Assembly (NCBI GenBank): GCA_951406725.2
Contig: OX597832.1
Span: forward strand, 48,050,001-48,114,000
DNA length: 64,000 nucleotides
Direction of reading: 5' to 3'
DNA from: Octopus vulgaris
Taxonomy: Eukaryota
The notes under the pieces are model-generated. The model had not been told where the DNA came from, searched no databases, and was given only the letters and a program-made list of their open reading frames with translations. The translations under genes and the position numbers were made by a program. This document shows, piece after piece, positions 49,632 to 63,831 of the stretch; within the stretch, counting starts at the first letter, position 1, and every line of letters begins with the position of its first letter.

Positions 49632-50522
49632 TGCTGAAGATGTCCACAAGACAGTGAGCACTAGTTTTATAAACTAAGTTAATACTAAGTAACTAAATGA
49701 TTCTGTCCATGTATCTATTTCACATATCTTTTGTTTTAGTCATAGTACTAAGCTCATGCTGGAGCACAGCATGGCCACAATAAATCGCCTCACCTTTTTT
49801 TAGTGAAACAAATTGATCCCAGTACATATTTTCAAGATTAGTACTTACTCCATCAATCTCTTTTGCTGAACTGCAAGGTTATGGAGATGTAACCAAATGA
49901 ACACCAGTTGTCAAGGGACAGTGGGAAACGACATTTGTATACACATACATGACAAGCTTCCACACAGTTTCCATCAACCAGAAACACTCACAAAGAATTG
50001 GTCAGCCTGGGGCTACAATAGAAGGCACATGATCAAGGTGCTGTGCAGTAGGACTGAACCCCAAACCAAGTGTTTGCAAAGCAAGCTTCTTAACCACACA
50101 GCCACGCACGGTTGAAAAAGCGATGCTACAGTGTTTATTCTGCAACAAATTAATTAGTTGTAATTAATTGTACAGTACCCTCAGTGTACAATTGCCTCAT
50201 TAAGACAAATTAAGAGATTCCTGTGTGTCATTACCACACACGTGTGCATGTGTATCAGCCTATCTCTCTCTCACATATATATATGTATATGTGTGCATAT
50301 GTACGTATATATATATGTATGTATATAAATATATATATTATATATAATTCTGCTGGGGGTTGATAGAATGAGTAATGGTTGGGTACTGGGGTTGATATAA
50401 TCAACCTACCCCTTCCCCTGATACTGCTGGCTTTATGCCAAAATTTGAAACCAATATTAATGTGTACTGAGCAAGTATGTTGATTAGAGTTTACAAGCAT
50501 ATATATTTAATGAACATCTATA

Positions 50523-50865
50523 GGCGCAAGAGTGGGTGTGTGGTAAGAAGCCTGCTTCCCAACCACATGGTTCTGGGTTCAGTCCCACTGTGTGACACCT
50601 TGGGCAAGTGTCCTCTACTATAGCCTCAGGCTGGCCAAAGCATTGTGAGTGGATTTGGTAGACAGAAACGGAAAGAAGCCTGTCATATATATGTGTGTGT
50701 GTGTGCATGTGTATGTGTGTTTGTCCTCCAATGTTGGTGTGTTTACAGCCCCAGTAACTTGGCAGTTCAGCAAAAGAGACTGAAAGAATAAGTACTAAGG
50801 TTACAAAGAATAAGAGGTGCTCCAGCATGGACACTGTCAAATGACTGAAACAGGTAAAAGAATAG
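50523..50865 (+). mobile_element. SINE family 1
   Basis: Diverged family 1 copy. Confidence 0.8.
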
Positions 50866-51005
50866 AAAAATCTAATTTAGCCCCATAAAGTAACTTGATC
50901 CTCTGGTTAAACAGTATGGGCCTTTTTTTGTGGAACCAACCAATGAATAAAGACTCGAGTCATCTGGTAATTAGTGGAGTCATCAAGAGTGGATTATGCA
51001 CATCC

Positions 51006-51234
51006 TTAAGCCTTTCGTTACCAACCCGGCTGAAACCGGCTCTGGCTCTGAGTACAAATTTCTTGTTTTCATAAGTGTTGAATTAAAATCTTCCACCAAA
51101 CCTTAGTCACAATTTATGTTCCTAACACTAGCTTAACGATAACTAAGTTTATTTTACTAAATTCTTTGTTATATTTAAAGTAATTGAAAGAAACACAGAG
51201 CATCTCAAAATAAATACAGTAACGAAAGGGTTAA
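51006..51234. mobile_element. piggyBac-like MITE family A
   Basis: TIRs and TTAA ends. Confidence 0.8.
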
Positions 51235-51469
51235 GGTGAAACCCTCTGAAAAGGAGGAAGGGGAAAATACTCAACTGCATTTATACCCCAAAACAGTGTG
51301 ATAAGGAATGGGAGGGATTGGGGTCACACCAACTGAGACAGGCCCCTAGTTCTATAATACAAACTTCCCCTTTTAAACTGATTGAAATTAAAACCTTTCA
51401 TTAAAATTTCATGATAGTTCATGTTCTAAACATTAACCTGATAATCTTATTTTAATGACTTCTCTCTTA

Positions 51470-51813
51470 TCCTTTTACTTGTTTTAGTCATTTGACTGTG
51501 GCCATGCTGGAGCACCGCCTTTAGTCGATCGAGCAAATTGCCCCCAGGACTTATTCTTTGTAAGCCCAGTACTTATTGTCTTGGTCTCTTTTGCCGAACC
51601 GGGGACGTAAACACACCAGCATCGGTTGTCAAGTGATGTGGGGGGTACAAACACAGACACACACACGACGGGCTTCTTTCAGTTTCCATCTACCAAATCC
51701 ACTCACGATGCTTTGGTCAGCCCGAGGATATAGAAGACGTTTGCCCAAGATGCCACGCAGTGGGACTGAACCCAGAACCATGTGGTTGGTAAGCAAGCTT
51801 CTTACCACACAGC
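51470..51813 (-). mobile_element. SINE family 1
   Basis: Reverse copy. Confidence 0.8.
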
Positions 51814-52429
51814 TATTATTTTCAAAACTGATTGAAACAAAAAGATTTTCAGAAGATATGAAGAAAAAAACCCAAAAAAACATTAGAAAGAAAGCACAGA
51901 CTAGGGCAGATATGATCACCAAACGCTTGCAAAAGTGTTGTCTAGCATGGCTGCAACCAAATGACTGAGTAAAATGCTACACACACAGATAAGTGAGTGT
52001 GAGCAAATCAAGGACTAGCCAAAAACTATGGTGAGTCGCAGGGATCAGAATTAAGAAAATGTATTTTTGAAAAAGTGGCGGTTAATCCTTAAAAAGCAAT
52101 AATGGGTGGGAATAGAGTTGATGGCATATGGTGGTGGAGGTAGTGGGGAAGGAGGAGTAGAAATAAAAAGCTGAGGGAACAATATAATTTGTTTCTTTTT
52201 TTCTTCAGCTGTAAATAATCATTTGGTATGTCAACAGGAGACCAGAGTGAGTGAGAGAGAGAGAGAGAGAGAGAGATGGGGGTAGGTTGGTAGGTGGGTG
52301 GGTGGGTCACCAGAGAAGAATTCCCCAGAGACACAAGAATTTCAGCAGCAAGAGGGTGGAAATCTTAACTGAAACATGTACTGCCTACCTATTGATTACA
52401 CTGGTGATCACATGACACACATGCAGGGG

Positions 52430-52452
52430 TGTGTGTGTATGTGTATATACAT

Positions 52453-52495
<43 letters not shown>

Positions 52496-52497
52496 CA

Positions 52498-52541
<44 letters not shown>

Positions 52542-52562
52542 CACACACACACATATATACAC

Positions 52563-52593
<31 letters not shown>

Positions 52594-52781
52594 TATACAC
52601 ACACACATACAGATTTATTAGAAGAAAAACCCAAGGAAAACATGGCTAGACTGAGAAGCACTCAGGGTAAGGGGAGAAAGAGAAGGCTACAATTAATAAA
52701 TAAAAGAAAGCAGGGTTCTCAAGTCTGGCAGCACCCAGCAAATTTACCAAAAAGTAGGACAATATAACACTCATACAATAA

Positions 52782-52846
<65 letters not shown>

Positions 52847-52880
52847 AGAGAGAGAGAGAGAGAGTGTGTGTGTGTGTGTG
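52430..52880. repeat. (CA)/(TA)/(GA) microsatellite cluster
   Basis: Direct inspection. Confidence 0.9.
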
Positions 52881-53174
52881 ATAGAGTTTAAGAAGCAAGT
52901 GAAGGCATGGAGAACTTCCCACCCACACCACTACCCTTGCTCCTTTACAAGTCTACAAGGAATTCTTCAAAACTGCTGTGAATTCCAATCCCCACAAGTT
53001 TGAAACAGTTGACAATGTGCTGTGCTGTGCGGTAGGGAGGATGGGGGGAAGAGAAGACGATAGGGTAGGAGTGAATAGCTGACTTGGCTTATTTCCCTTT
53101 GTAAAGTAAATCATTTCACAACATTGTAAGTATACTTAAGTGCTTATATATAAGTGTGTGTAGTATGTATACTG

Positions 53175-53404
53175 TTTACTCTTACTCTTTTAACTCTTAC
53201 TTGCTTCAGTCATTTGACTGCGGCCATGCTGGAGCACTGCCTTTAGTCGAGCAAATCGACCCCGGGACTTATTCTTTTTGTAAGCCCAGTACTTATTCTA
53301 TCAGTCTCTTTTTGCCGAACCGCTAAGTTACGGCGACGTAAACACACCAGCATCGGTTGTCAAACAATGCTAGGGGGACAAACACAGACACACAAACATA
53401 CACA

Positions 53405-53447
<43 letters not shown>

Positions 53448-53600
53448 TTTTCAGTTTCCGTCTACCAAATCCACTCACAAGGCTTTGGTCGGCCCGAGGC
53501 TATAGCAGAAGACACTTGCCCAAGGTGCCATGCAGTGGGACTGAACCTGGAACCATGTGGTTGGTAAAGAAGCTACTTACCACACAGCCACTCCTGCGCC
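53175..53600 (-). mobile_element. SINE family 1
   Basis: Reverse copy. Confidence 0.85.
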
Positions 53601-54151
53601 TATGTATATATTTAACTTTTTTTTTACTGGCATTTGCAGTGTTTCCCAAGTCTGAGATTGATGCCATTAATTTTCATGAACTGTAATAAAGTCAACATCG
53701 TGTGTACGAGTACAAATATGTACATTTGTGTGTATGTATATATGTGTGTGCATACATGTGTATGTATACATGTATGTGTACACATTTGAGACTATGGCAT
53801 TTTATTTTTCTCCTCAAGATTTTCTAGAAATTCTATCACGTGGAACCAAGTGTTGAAACAACCCAATAATTTTTCATCTGAAATGATGAGGGGGAGAGAG
53901 AGAGAGGGAGGAAGAAAGAAAGAGAAAGAGAGAGAGAGAGAGAGAAAGATGGCCAATCAGAGAAAAGAGAAAGAACTGGAAATTTATGTAGGACTTGTGT
54001 TCCAACCGACTGAGTAAATTTTTTTGAAATTTCCGTTTCGTTTACAAGTCTTTTGGTGCTTGTGTCACCACAAGCCTTGAAATACAATGCAAAATAACTC
54101 AAACATACAGCTGTTACACTAAATTTCTAGATTTCAATTCTCTCTCTTTTT

Positions 54152-54530
54152 CTCTCTTACTTGTTTCAGTCATTTGACTGCGGCCATGCTGGAGCACCGC
54201 CTTTAATCGAGCAACTCGACCCCGGGACTTATTCTTTTGTAAGCCCAGTACTTATTGTATCAGTTTCTTTTGCCGAACCGCTAAGTGATGGGGACATAAA
54301 CACACCAGCACCGGTTGTCAAGTGATGTTGGATGGGACAAAGACACAAACATACACGCACAAATATATATATATATACGATGGGCTTTTAGTTTGTCTAC
54401 CAAATCCACTCACAAGGCTTTGGTCGGCCCGAGGCTATAGTAGAAGACGCCCAAGGTGCCACGCAGTGGGAATGAACCCGTAACCATGTGGTTGGTAAAC
54501 AAGCTACTTACCACACAGCTACTCCTGCAC
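54152..54530 (-). mobile_element. SINE family 1
   Basis: Reverse copy. Confidence 0.85.
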
Positions 54531-55137
54531 TTCATTCATAAAATTTAAAAAATATAAAGTATAAGCTTTGTGATAAGTTTGGGCACATGTCTTCTATAGC
54601 CCAAAGCTGGTCAAAAGACCTTGCAAGTGGATTTGGTGGGTGGAAACAAAGTAGCCAGTCGTGTGTGAGTGTTGTCCGACCATACCTTGACAACTGGTAC
54701 TGGTCCCTGTGTTAAACTGCCTGAGTTAGGGAGATGTAAACAAACCAATATAAGTACCAGGCCTAGAAAAAAATGTTTGATAATACTGGGGTCAATTGGG
54801 TCACCTAAACCTGCTAATGCAGTGCTCAGTACGGGCACAGTCCAATGGCAAGATAAAGAAAAAAATCTAGTCACTTCAGTTTATGACTTGTTGCTCAACC
54901 AAAACTTCCAACTATCTTAAAAACAGACACACTACTGGAAAATATAGCTGTGGATATAACGGATCTGGGAAAAAAATAAAAGGTAGTCACAGAATGGCTG
55001 TCTTCGATCGTATGTGAACTTGATCAAACTGACTTACTGGGGAAACCATGATCAATGTATTTGAAGGGAGATTTCCAGTATCACCTGACTCCATAAGGAT
55101 ACGAGTCAAATGCCAAGTTAAAATTTCTTTCTCAATT

Positions 55138-55175
<38 letters not shown>

Positions 55176-56059
55176 GTAATAGTGTGTGTGTGTGTGATGC
55201 TTGAGCCATGTACACAAGTCAGTCAAATATCTTACTTTCTCTTCAAATTGGAAATATCTGTCCAAACATACATCTTGTTTTATTGTACTATCATTTGCTC
55301 ATTTCCACACTGATGTTCCTGAGATTGACCTGATGCTCTGTGTGACCTTCGGAGTAAAAAGGCCTATCATTGCAAGCTGGGGACCTACAAAGAGCTTTTT
55401 CCTTGTTTTTGCTATGAAAAGACTAGTGATAGAAAACTATATTTTAATTTTGAACATGTAGAGAGCAAGAACAGATACTACAAAAACACCATGTCTGACC
55501 TAAAAATTTTAGTAATTCGCTATTTAGGTCTGGGTGGACTCCATTGGTCAAGGTTGATTATGCATCTATCTATACATATGTAGGCTTCTTTTATCTTTTC
55601 CTTTCCTTGCTTCAGTCATCAAATTGTTGCCATGCTGGGGCATTGCCTTCAAGGGCCAAGTCAAATTAACTCCAGTACTTATATACTTTTTCGCCCACTA
55701 AGCCTGGTACAAATTCTTTTGGTCTCTTGCTAAACCATGAAGTTGCAGGGATGAAAACAAATCAACAAAGGTTGCCAAGTAGTGATGGGGGACAAATATA
55801 TACATACAGACTTCTTTCAGTTTCTGTCAACCAAATCTACTCTTAAGGCTTTGGTTGGTTGAGGTTATAGTAGAAACCACTAACCCAAGGCACCACACAA
55901 TGAGACTGAACTTGGAAACCAGTGGTTGGAAAGCAAACTTCTTACCACACAGCCAAGCCTGGGCAAGATTTTTTTCTAATTTCGAAAGGCTAGCAGCTGC
56001 TCATGTACGCAAGTCACCTTCACGAAAATGTTTATCCGAAGGAAAAGTTGTTGACTTAG

Positions 56060-56370
56060 ACGTTATCAAAATGCAAATATATGGGAAACTACCACCTGTG
56101 TCATCTCTTGTGAAAGGTAGGAGAGTCCAGTTTGCTGGACATTGTTGTAGAGCTGAAAACGAGCAATTTCTACTCTTCTCCTCTGGAAGCCATCTACTCG
56201 CAATACCAGAGGGCACACACTCTCCTACCCTGATGTAATCTCCAGGGATACAGGCATCCAGCAACAGGACCTCCGTAATGCTATGATGGACCGTGAAGTC
56301 TGGCATAGCATGATAAATTCCATTGTCTCGACCACGGTCGAACAATGATGATGATGATGATGATGATGAT
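56060..56370 (+). mobile_element. 5'-truncated RTE-clade LINE 3' end with (GAT)n tail
   Basis: ORF segment QIYGKLPPVSSLVKGRRVQFAGHCCR resembles the RTE C-terminal RRLRFAGHC.R motif; ends in aatgatgatgat... Confidence 0.7.
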
Positions 56371-57668
56371 GGTTGACTTGGGTTGACACAGCTTAGCACC
56401 AGTGCCATCACAGGCTTTACTGTCAGAATACAAAGAACCAGAACAAATGCCACAAAGAACCTTAACTGGACCACTGACAGTCCGGACAATTAACTGACCA
56501 GGATTTGTACTTTTTGAATTGAAACCCATATTAATCTAATTATTAACACCTGAGTGAATTTAATTCAACCCCAAAGAATAATATTTCAAATATTTTGACC
56601 ATTAAGTTTACAGAGACATGTGATCACAAAGATATATTAAACAAAGAATTGGTAACAGAGACGAACAGTTTCAGTATCATCACCCCTTAAATACATATTG
56701 ATCTACTGTAAAGTTTCCAGCATGATCGATATTGAATCAGTAGCTAAGATTAACTGTGTGCACATTTTATATACAGATACAAAATACACACAGTTTAGAC
56801 TATCACACTTGACAAGACCTTTGGCTAAAACATCTGTTGAGTGTTTAAATATATAAAATACATTTACACGTGTGTGTGTATATTATTTAACATCCATTTT
56901 CCATGCTGGCTGGGGGCCGCACCAGGCTCCATTGGCTATTCTGGCACAATTTCCATGGCTGAGTACCCTTACTAACACTGACCACTCCACAGAGTATGCT
57001 GGGTACTTTCAACGCTGGCACCACTGCCGGTATCAATTCTTCTGTCACAGATGGATCATCTTGAGTAACACAGCACAGCACCAAACATCTTGATCCTTTG
57101 TCATCTTTGTAAGGCTCAACTGCTCTTTCTCAGCTACTTTTATACCACTTATATTAAACCTGTAAAAAGATGACACACATCTAATCTCATAGTTATCTAT
57201 TAGCAAATAGCCTGGTTGTTCTTGGTGGTTTGAACTAGAATTTGACCACTTTTGATCACAGTTTGCAGAACGAGTATATTGGATTGCTTTCCACGATATC
57301 ATTAATAGATGCTGCAAAGAGATTTATGAAAAGGCCATAAACAGCATCTTTTGTAAGAGTGCTTCCGTCTCTAAGTCCCAGAAAGTGTCCTCAAAATGTA
57401 AATGACAATAGTATAGCACACACATTTACAGATTGACATGCTGGGAAAATATTTCACAAGAAGTCATTATTAAGCCACTAATTTGCTGCAAAAAGCTGAA
57501 TCATGCAAGGGATTGCCAACAGATGGTAAAAGTTGAAGACTCGAAAAAAGATTGAGAGAATTAGAGTGACAATGAAAGCAAAGAAAGAATGAGAAACATT
57601 ATTTGACAGAAGGGGGGAAAAAATGAGTCTGGTTTGTGAGAAGTATAATATTTTAAGATACACAATAT

Positions 57669-57867
57669 CTTGTTTCAGTCATTTGACTGCGGCCATGCTG
57701 GAGCACTGCCTTTAGTCGAGCAAATCGACCCTAGGACTTATTCTTTGTAAGCCTACTACTTATTCTATAGGTCTCTCAAGCCGAACCACTAAGTTACGGG
57801 GACGTAAACACACCAGCATCGGTTGTTAAGCGATGTTGGGGGGACAAACAGACACACAAACATATAT

Positions 57868-57920
<53 letters not shown>

Positions 57921-57965
57921 ACGGACTTCTTTCAGTTTTCATCTACCAAATCCACTCACAAGGCA
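57669..57965 (-). mobile_element. SINE family 1, 5'-truncated
   Basis: Reverse copy. Confidence 0.8.
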
Positions 57966-58654
57966 CAAGGGAAGAATTTTCTTGTTAGTCAAAGAAATTT
58001 GATAATTTCTTTGATAAAATAATAGACATGGGCACAGCCATGCGGTTAAGAAGCTGACTTTGTAACCACCTTGTTTTGGGTTCAGTCTCACTGCACAGCA
58101 CTTTGGGCAAATGCCCTATTATAGTTCCAGGCCAACCAATGTCCTGTGAATAAGTTTGATAGATGGAAACTGTGTGGAAACCCGTTGTGTGTATTATCTT
58201 CCCCTGCCATGCTTGACAACCAGTGTTGGTTGACTTGTGTCCCTGTAACCCAGCAAAAGACATGGATGGATTAAATTCCAACCTTACAGAATAAGCCCTG
58301 GCAGCCATGTTGACCAGACTCTTTAGAAACAAGTAAAAGAGTTTCAAAAACATGGAACACTATGAAATTTCAAGCCTTTATTTTGAAATACACACACAGA
58401 CGGTGGGTGGGTAACAAATTTGGCAAAGCATCGAACAAAATCCTTTGTGGCATCTAATTACACCTCTACATTTTGAGTTCAACCTTCCCCCAGGTTTCTT
58501 TTGCTTTTCATTCTTCAGAAATTAATAACTTCAGGAGAGGGTGGAGCTGATGTAATCAGCTATGTCTTAGAACAGTGGTTCCCTATCTGTGGTCTGCAGA
58601 CCCCTGTGGATCCCTAGTAGTACTGGGGATCTGTGGATTAAATTCTAAATTTTA

Positions 58655-58970
58655 TATCATCATCATAATTTAACGTCCGCTTTCCATGCTAGCATGGGTT
58701 GGACGATTTGACTGAGGGCTGGCGAACCAGATGGCTGCGCCAGGCCCCAATCTGATCTGGCAGAGTTTCTGCAGCTGGATGCCCTTCCTAATGCCAACCA
58801 CTCTGAGAGTGTAGTGGGTGTTTTTACATGCCACCGGCATGAGGGCCACTCAGGTGGTACTGGCAACGGCCATGCTCAAAATGGTGTTTTATACGTGCCA
58901 CCTGCACAGGAGTCAGTCCAGCGGCACTGGCAATGACCTCGCTCGAATGTTTTGTTCACGTGCCATTAGT
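58655..58970 (-). mobile_element. SINE family 5 (longest copy in the window)
   Basis: catcatcat tail on the plus strand; body matches the 30457 copy. Confidence 0.7.
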
Positions 58971-60000
58971 GTTGAATGAATAAATATATATATACACATA
59001 CATACACACACATATATATATACACACACACATACATATACACACACACACACAAGGATGGGTGTGTATGGGGATAGGGGGCTATGAAAATCAGAAATTG
59101 TGTGAGGAGGAGACAAACAGCTATGTTTAATTAAATCAACATGGTTTTAAACTTGCCCTACTAACACCATGGCAAAGAAATTATACAGATAAAAGCTATT
59201 TTGTTTTCTCATTAAGATAGGGGGGAAAGAATCTCACAAATATTTTCTTGTAAATGGAGGGAGGCTGGTATTTGTTAGTCTGAGAACAGTTGTCCAAGAA
59301 TGAGGTGTTCCAGCATGGCCATTGTACATTAATTGAAACCAGTTAAAGATGTGTGTGTGTGTGCGCGTGCGTACATACATATATATATATATATACATAC
59401 ATATATACACATACACACACACACACACACTTGCATTTCAGAAGCTTGCTTTGTAACCATGTGGTTTCCGGTTCAATCCCACCATGTGGCACCTTAGGAG
59501 AAAGTGTCTTCTACCAAAGCACCTGACTGATCAATGCCTCTTAAGTGAATTTGGTAGATGGAAACTACGTGGAAGTCCATCATATTGTGTGTGAGTGTGT
59601 GTGCCTCACTGTTGGTTTGTTTACATTCCTGTAAGCAGTTTAGCAAAAGAAACAAACAGAATAAGCATCAGATTTTTTTTTTTAAAAAATGAAATATTGA
59701 GGCTGGTTGGTTTGACTAAACTCCAGGTGGTGCCACACAGTCCAATGACAGGCAAGTAAAAGATTAGAAGTTAATGAAGAACTTGAAGTTTAAGAAGCGG
59801 AATCAATTTGAGAAAATCGCAAAAATTAGCAACAAGGGGGACACACACCAGACAGTTGGTAAAACATTGGTTTAAAAACCAGCGTTTCTTCAACCACTTT
59901 TTACCTTTGATTCCTATTTTGCTAGGGTGGGACCTCATAGCCATTTGATGTTAAAAAAAAACCCCTATTATATTAAATATTAGTTATTCATTTCTATATT

Positions 60001-60410
60001 GCCCATAGGGGGCTAAACACAGAGGGGACAAACAAGGACAGACATAGGTATTAAGTTGATTACATCGACCCCAGTGTGTAGCTGGTACTTGCTTAATCGA
60101 CCCTGGGAAAAAATGAAAGGCAAAGTCGACCTCAGAACGTAAAGACAGACGAAATACCTATTTCTTTACCTACCCACATGGGGCTAAACACAGAGAGGAC
60201 AAACAAGGACAGACAAACGGGTTAAGTCGATTACATCGACCCCAGTGTGTAACTGGTACTTGTTTAATCGACCCCGAAAAAAAAAAATGAAAGGCAAAGT
60301 CGACCTCAGAACGTAAAGACAGACGAAATACCTATTTCTTTACCACCCACATGGGGCTAAACACAGAGAGGACAAACGGATTAAGTCGATTACATCGACC
60401 CCAGTGTGTA
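60001..60410 (-). repeat. Head-to-tail tandem array of about 2.5 internally deleted family 2 SINE units
   Basis: ggggctaaacacagag...gtcgacctcagaacgtaaagacagacgaaatacc is repeated. Confidence 0.8.
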
Positions 60411-60831
60411 TATAAGCGTTTAATAAGGAGCTGAGGTGGTGGAAACAGAAACGGTCATGAAAACCGAGATGGGTGTTGTCAACTAGATGAGTGTGGTATA
60501 AGTGGGCCGTTATTGAAAAGAACGTGTGTGTGCGTATATACATGCGTGCAAACACACACACGCGCAGGTGATTCATAAGTCCTGGGACTTTAAACTCTAT
60601 ACATTGTTAGTTCTCTTTTTTATGTATTTTCAATACAATCTTTATTTTGTGGTTAACCTAAGATTATATAAATATTTACAATTTTAAATATTTTCAGAAA
60701 AATGCCGTCAAAGGATAAGTTACATTCATTTGTCCTAAAATACAACCACACTATACAAGATGATAGCATTTTAGATTTTCAGATTTTTCTTTAATCTATC
60801 AAAAGCAACTGGAAAAAATACTAAAATCATA

Positions 60832-61240
60832 GGATCTTTTCGGTTTGAATGGCAGTTTTTAAAAATAATTTCCACGTAACTAAACACTTTTAAAGTTCGT
60901 ATACTGGTAGAATTTGTTTATAAAACATCTTTTTCTCTTGGCTTTCTTGAGAAAATTCAGTGGTTTGTAAGATATTTGTTGTTTTTTTTCCCTTCAATTT
61001 CTGCAATTTCAACCAATCAATGACGTCTATTGAGGTGAAAACATTCTGTGCCATATGAATATGACCCTCGTTTAAGAAACAGATTGGGTTTATTTACATT
61101 TGTGAAGAAAAAAAAAGATACCCTTCTCCCCAACCCTAACACAGATTGAAATGCAATAGATCTATACTAGGGTCATAATTATGGGTAACAATTTCATATG
61201 ACACCGCTAGTAAAAACTGCCGTTCAAACCGAAAAGATCC
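60832..61240. mobile_element. Merlin-like MITE (same family as 34388-34790)
   Basis: Near-perfect TIR ggatcttttcggtttgaatggcagtttt / aaaactgccgttcaaaccgaaaagatcc; imperfect TSD aaaatca. Confidence 0.75.
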
Positions 61241-62214
61241 AAAATCAGTCACAATAATAGTCAGAGAGGAGAGAAGTCTACCGATCATCCACTCGAACCA
61301 GGAACCATGTACTTTGCAAATAGAACTGAAGAACTACGCAGCCGTACTGGAATTCTGCAGTGAATCTATCAATCAATTTGGATGTGATCTAGGAATGCGG
61401 TTATGTATTAGGTCGCAACAGAGTTTTGAAGAAGGCCAGGAGATGGAAGGTATTTTCCAACTCTGTGGAGAGGATTCCTAGTTATTTGGATGTAATTTTT
61501 GATACGAAAGGCAACACAAACCTTTACACCTCATGAAAGATACCATTAGAGAAAAAAAAAAGGGGGGGGGACACCTTAGTAAAAAACTTAAGTTCACATT
61601 TTTTTTCGAAGGGGCATTTGTGACGTAAGGAGGGAAAAAAAGTGTCGAAAAACTGTTTAGTTTGGTTTGAAAGCTAGTAAGAAATAAGTAAATAAAATGT
61701 TGGGTAATTCCATAGGCTACAGCAATCCACGATTCATTCCAGCATAAAACAGCCAGAGTTGAAAAAATTCCAAAGAGAGAAGAGGGGAGGAGAGGAAGAG
61801 GAATAAAAGTGTGTGTGTGTGTGTGTGTGTAGCAAAGCAACACAAATAGTAACAGAAAAAAGAGAGCAACACAAATAGAAAAGAAAATATATAGAAAGAT
61901 GGCAGAAAAAGTAACAAAAAAAACAACGAAAAAAAAACTCCCCCCCAAAAAAACACACAGAAGTGATGTAGAGAGATAGACAATCTGCCAAATAGGTAGG
62001 AAGAGAAGAGGTGATGGGTGGTGATAGCTCTCTTCTCTCTCTCTCTCTGCCTGGCTCACTCAATTCTCCCACCCCACTTCTTCCTACATTACTTCAACAC
62101 AGCCTTACTTTCTTCCTAACACCAGATTTTCTCATTTCAACAATAAACCCGGCTTCTAGTTCACGCTGCTTCTTTCTCTCTCCATATAAGTTTACAGAAC
62201 TACAAAACTGTTCT

Positions 62215-62256
<42 letters not shown>

Positions 62257-62661
62257 ACGTACGTACGATTACACGGCGCACCTCTCCACCACACACAATC
62301 TAGAGCAAGGACCATACGCATTGGTTATTCAGTGTATTGTGTTAACGTTTTTATTTTCTTTATTTCAGACACAAACTGTAAAAGTATATACCTTGAACGT
62401 TAGCGTGGTTCTTTCTACGAGCTAAAGAGAACGTGTTCATACCGTATCATACACACACGCATCTTTTTCTTTATGGTATACGTGTACACACCACACACTA
62501 GAGAACTTCGAAAGCAAATACGCCACGTTATAACTGTTCTCAAATTAACAAAGGAGCCCCCCCCTCCTCCATGTCAGACAGGGACAACCTTTTTCTGAAG
62601 AGTGGGCCCCACTATTAACAGGAAAAAAAAAACAACCCTAGGTAATTTTTCATTAAGAATA

Positions 62662-62903
62662 TCTATTTCTTTACTAGCCACAAGGGGCTAAACACAGAAT
62701 GGGACAAACAAGGACAGACAAACGGATTAAGTCGATTAAATCGACCCCAGTGCGTAACTGGTACTTAATTTATCGACCCCGAAAGGATGAAAGGCAAAGT
62801 CGTCGACCTCGGCGGAATTTGAACTCAGAACGTAAACGGCAGACGAAATACGGCTACGCATTTCGCCCGGCGTGCTAACGATTCTGCCAGCTCGCCGCCT
62901 TAT
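62662..62903 (-). mobile_element. SINE family 2, full length with 17-bp TSD
   Basis: TSD atttttcattaagaata at 62645-62661 and 62904-62920. Confidence 0.85.
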
Positions 62904-63276
62904 ATTTTTCATTAAGAATACCGTCCTGAAAGTCCCGTGGGCTGCAGTTTGTCCCGGACGGCTCTATGCGGTCAATCGACCTGCTAGAAATTGTACCATT
63001 CCTTCCAACCTTAAAGAACAGGACATCGCTGCCCTAGATCAATGGTGCTTAAAAAAGTTCTTTTAGGTCTACAGACCCTCTCCCCTACAGAGTAATTCGG
63101 GTTTTTTTGTTTTTTTTTAAATCTTGTATTTTCATAATATTTGGATATTTGTTGTATTTCGGGATGGGTTTTTAAAATTTTATTTTGCCAAGTAAACACA
63201 CGCACTATATATTTTTCTTCATTCGTTTATTACTGTTAAAGCATTTTGTATATTGTTGAAGTGTAACTGATCTATT

Positions 63277-63582
63277 ACTCTTTTACTTGTTTCAGCCATT
63301 TGATTGCAGCCATGCTGGAGCACCGCGATGTTGGGAGAACAAACACACACACACACACATTATATATATATATATATATATATACATACATACATACATA
63401 CATACATACACACATATACGACGGGCTTCTTTCAGTTTCCGTCTACCAAATCCACTCACAAGGCTTTGGTCGGCCCGAGGCTATAGTAGAAGACACTTGT
63501 CCAAGGTGCCACGCAGTGGGACTAAACCCAGAATCATGTGGTTCGTAAACAAGCTACTTACCACACAGCCACTCCTACGCCT
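63277..63582 (-). mobile_element. SINE family 1 (internal deletion)
   Basis: Reverse copy. Confidence 0.8.
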
Positions 63583-63831
63583 ATAAATTTTAACAAAATC
63601 GTATATGGGCCCTGGTTGAGACTCAGGAAATTAAATTAAAAAACTAGGTGGTCACAAATAGTCTGCTTAATCAGAGTAGATCTGAAACTAAAACGAAAGT
63701 TTCTCACAAAGAGAGAAGGGAGAGTATGAAATGGGAAAAAGAGGTGAACAAGTTGAAGTATTTAATAAAATTGAATGGTTTTAAACATTAAAACTGGCTC
63801 AACACCATTCCGCCATCTTAATGAGATGGTG

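Noticed and set aside
61478-62403. 193-aa and other hydrophobic ORFs; possible exon 1 region
   Set aside because: Low-complexity T-rich sequence. No QUA1 motif (YL.QLLKD...RLLDEE) was found anywhere in 27520-64000, so exon 1 is presumed to lie outside the window.
1336-63586. Recurrent ORFs such as ...SVSVYQIHSQGFGRPEAIVEDTCPRCHAVGLNPEPCGW and RRASFSFRLPNPLTRLWSARG
   Set aside because: They are antisense translations of family 1 SINE copies, not a gene family.
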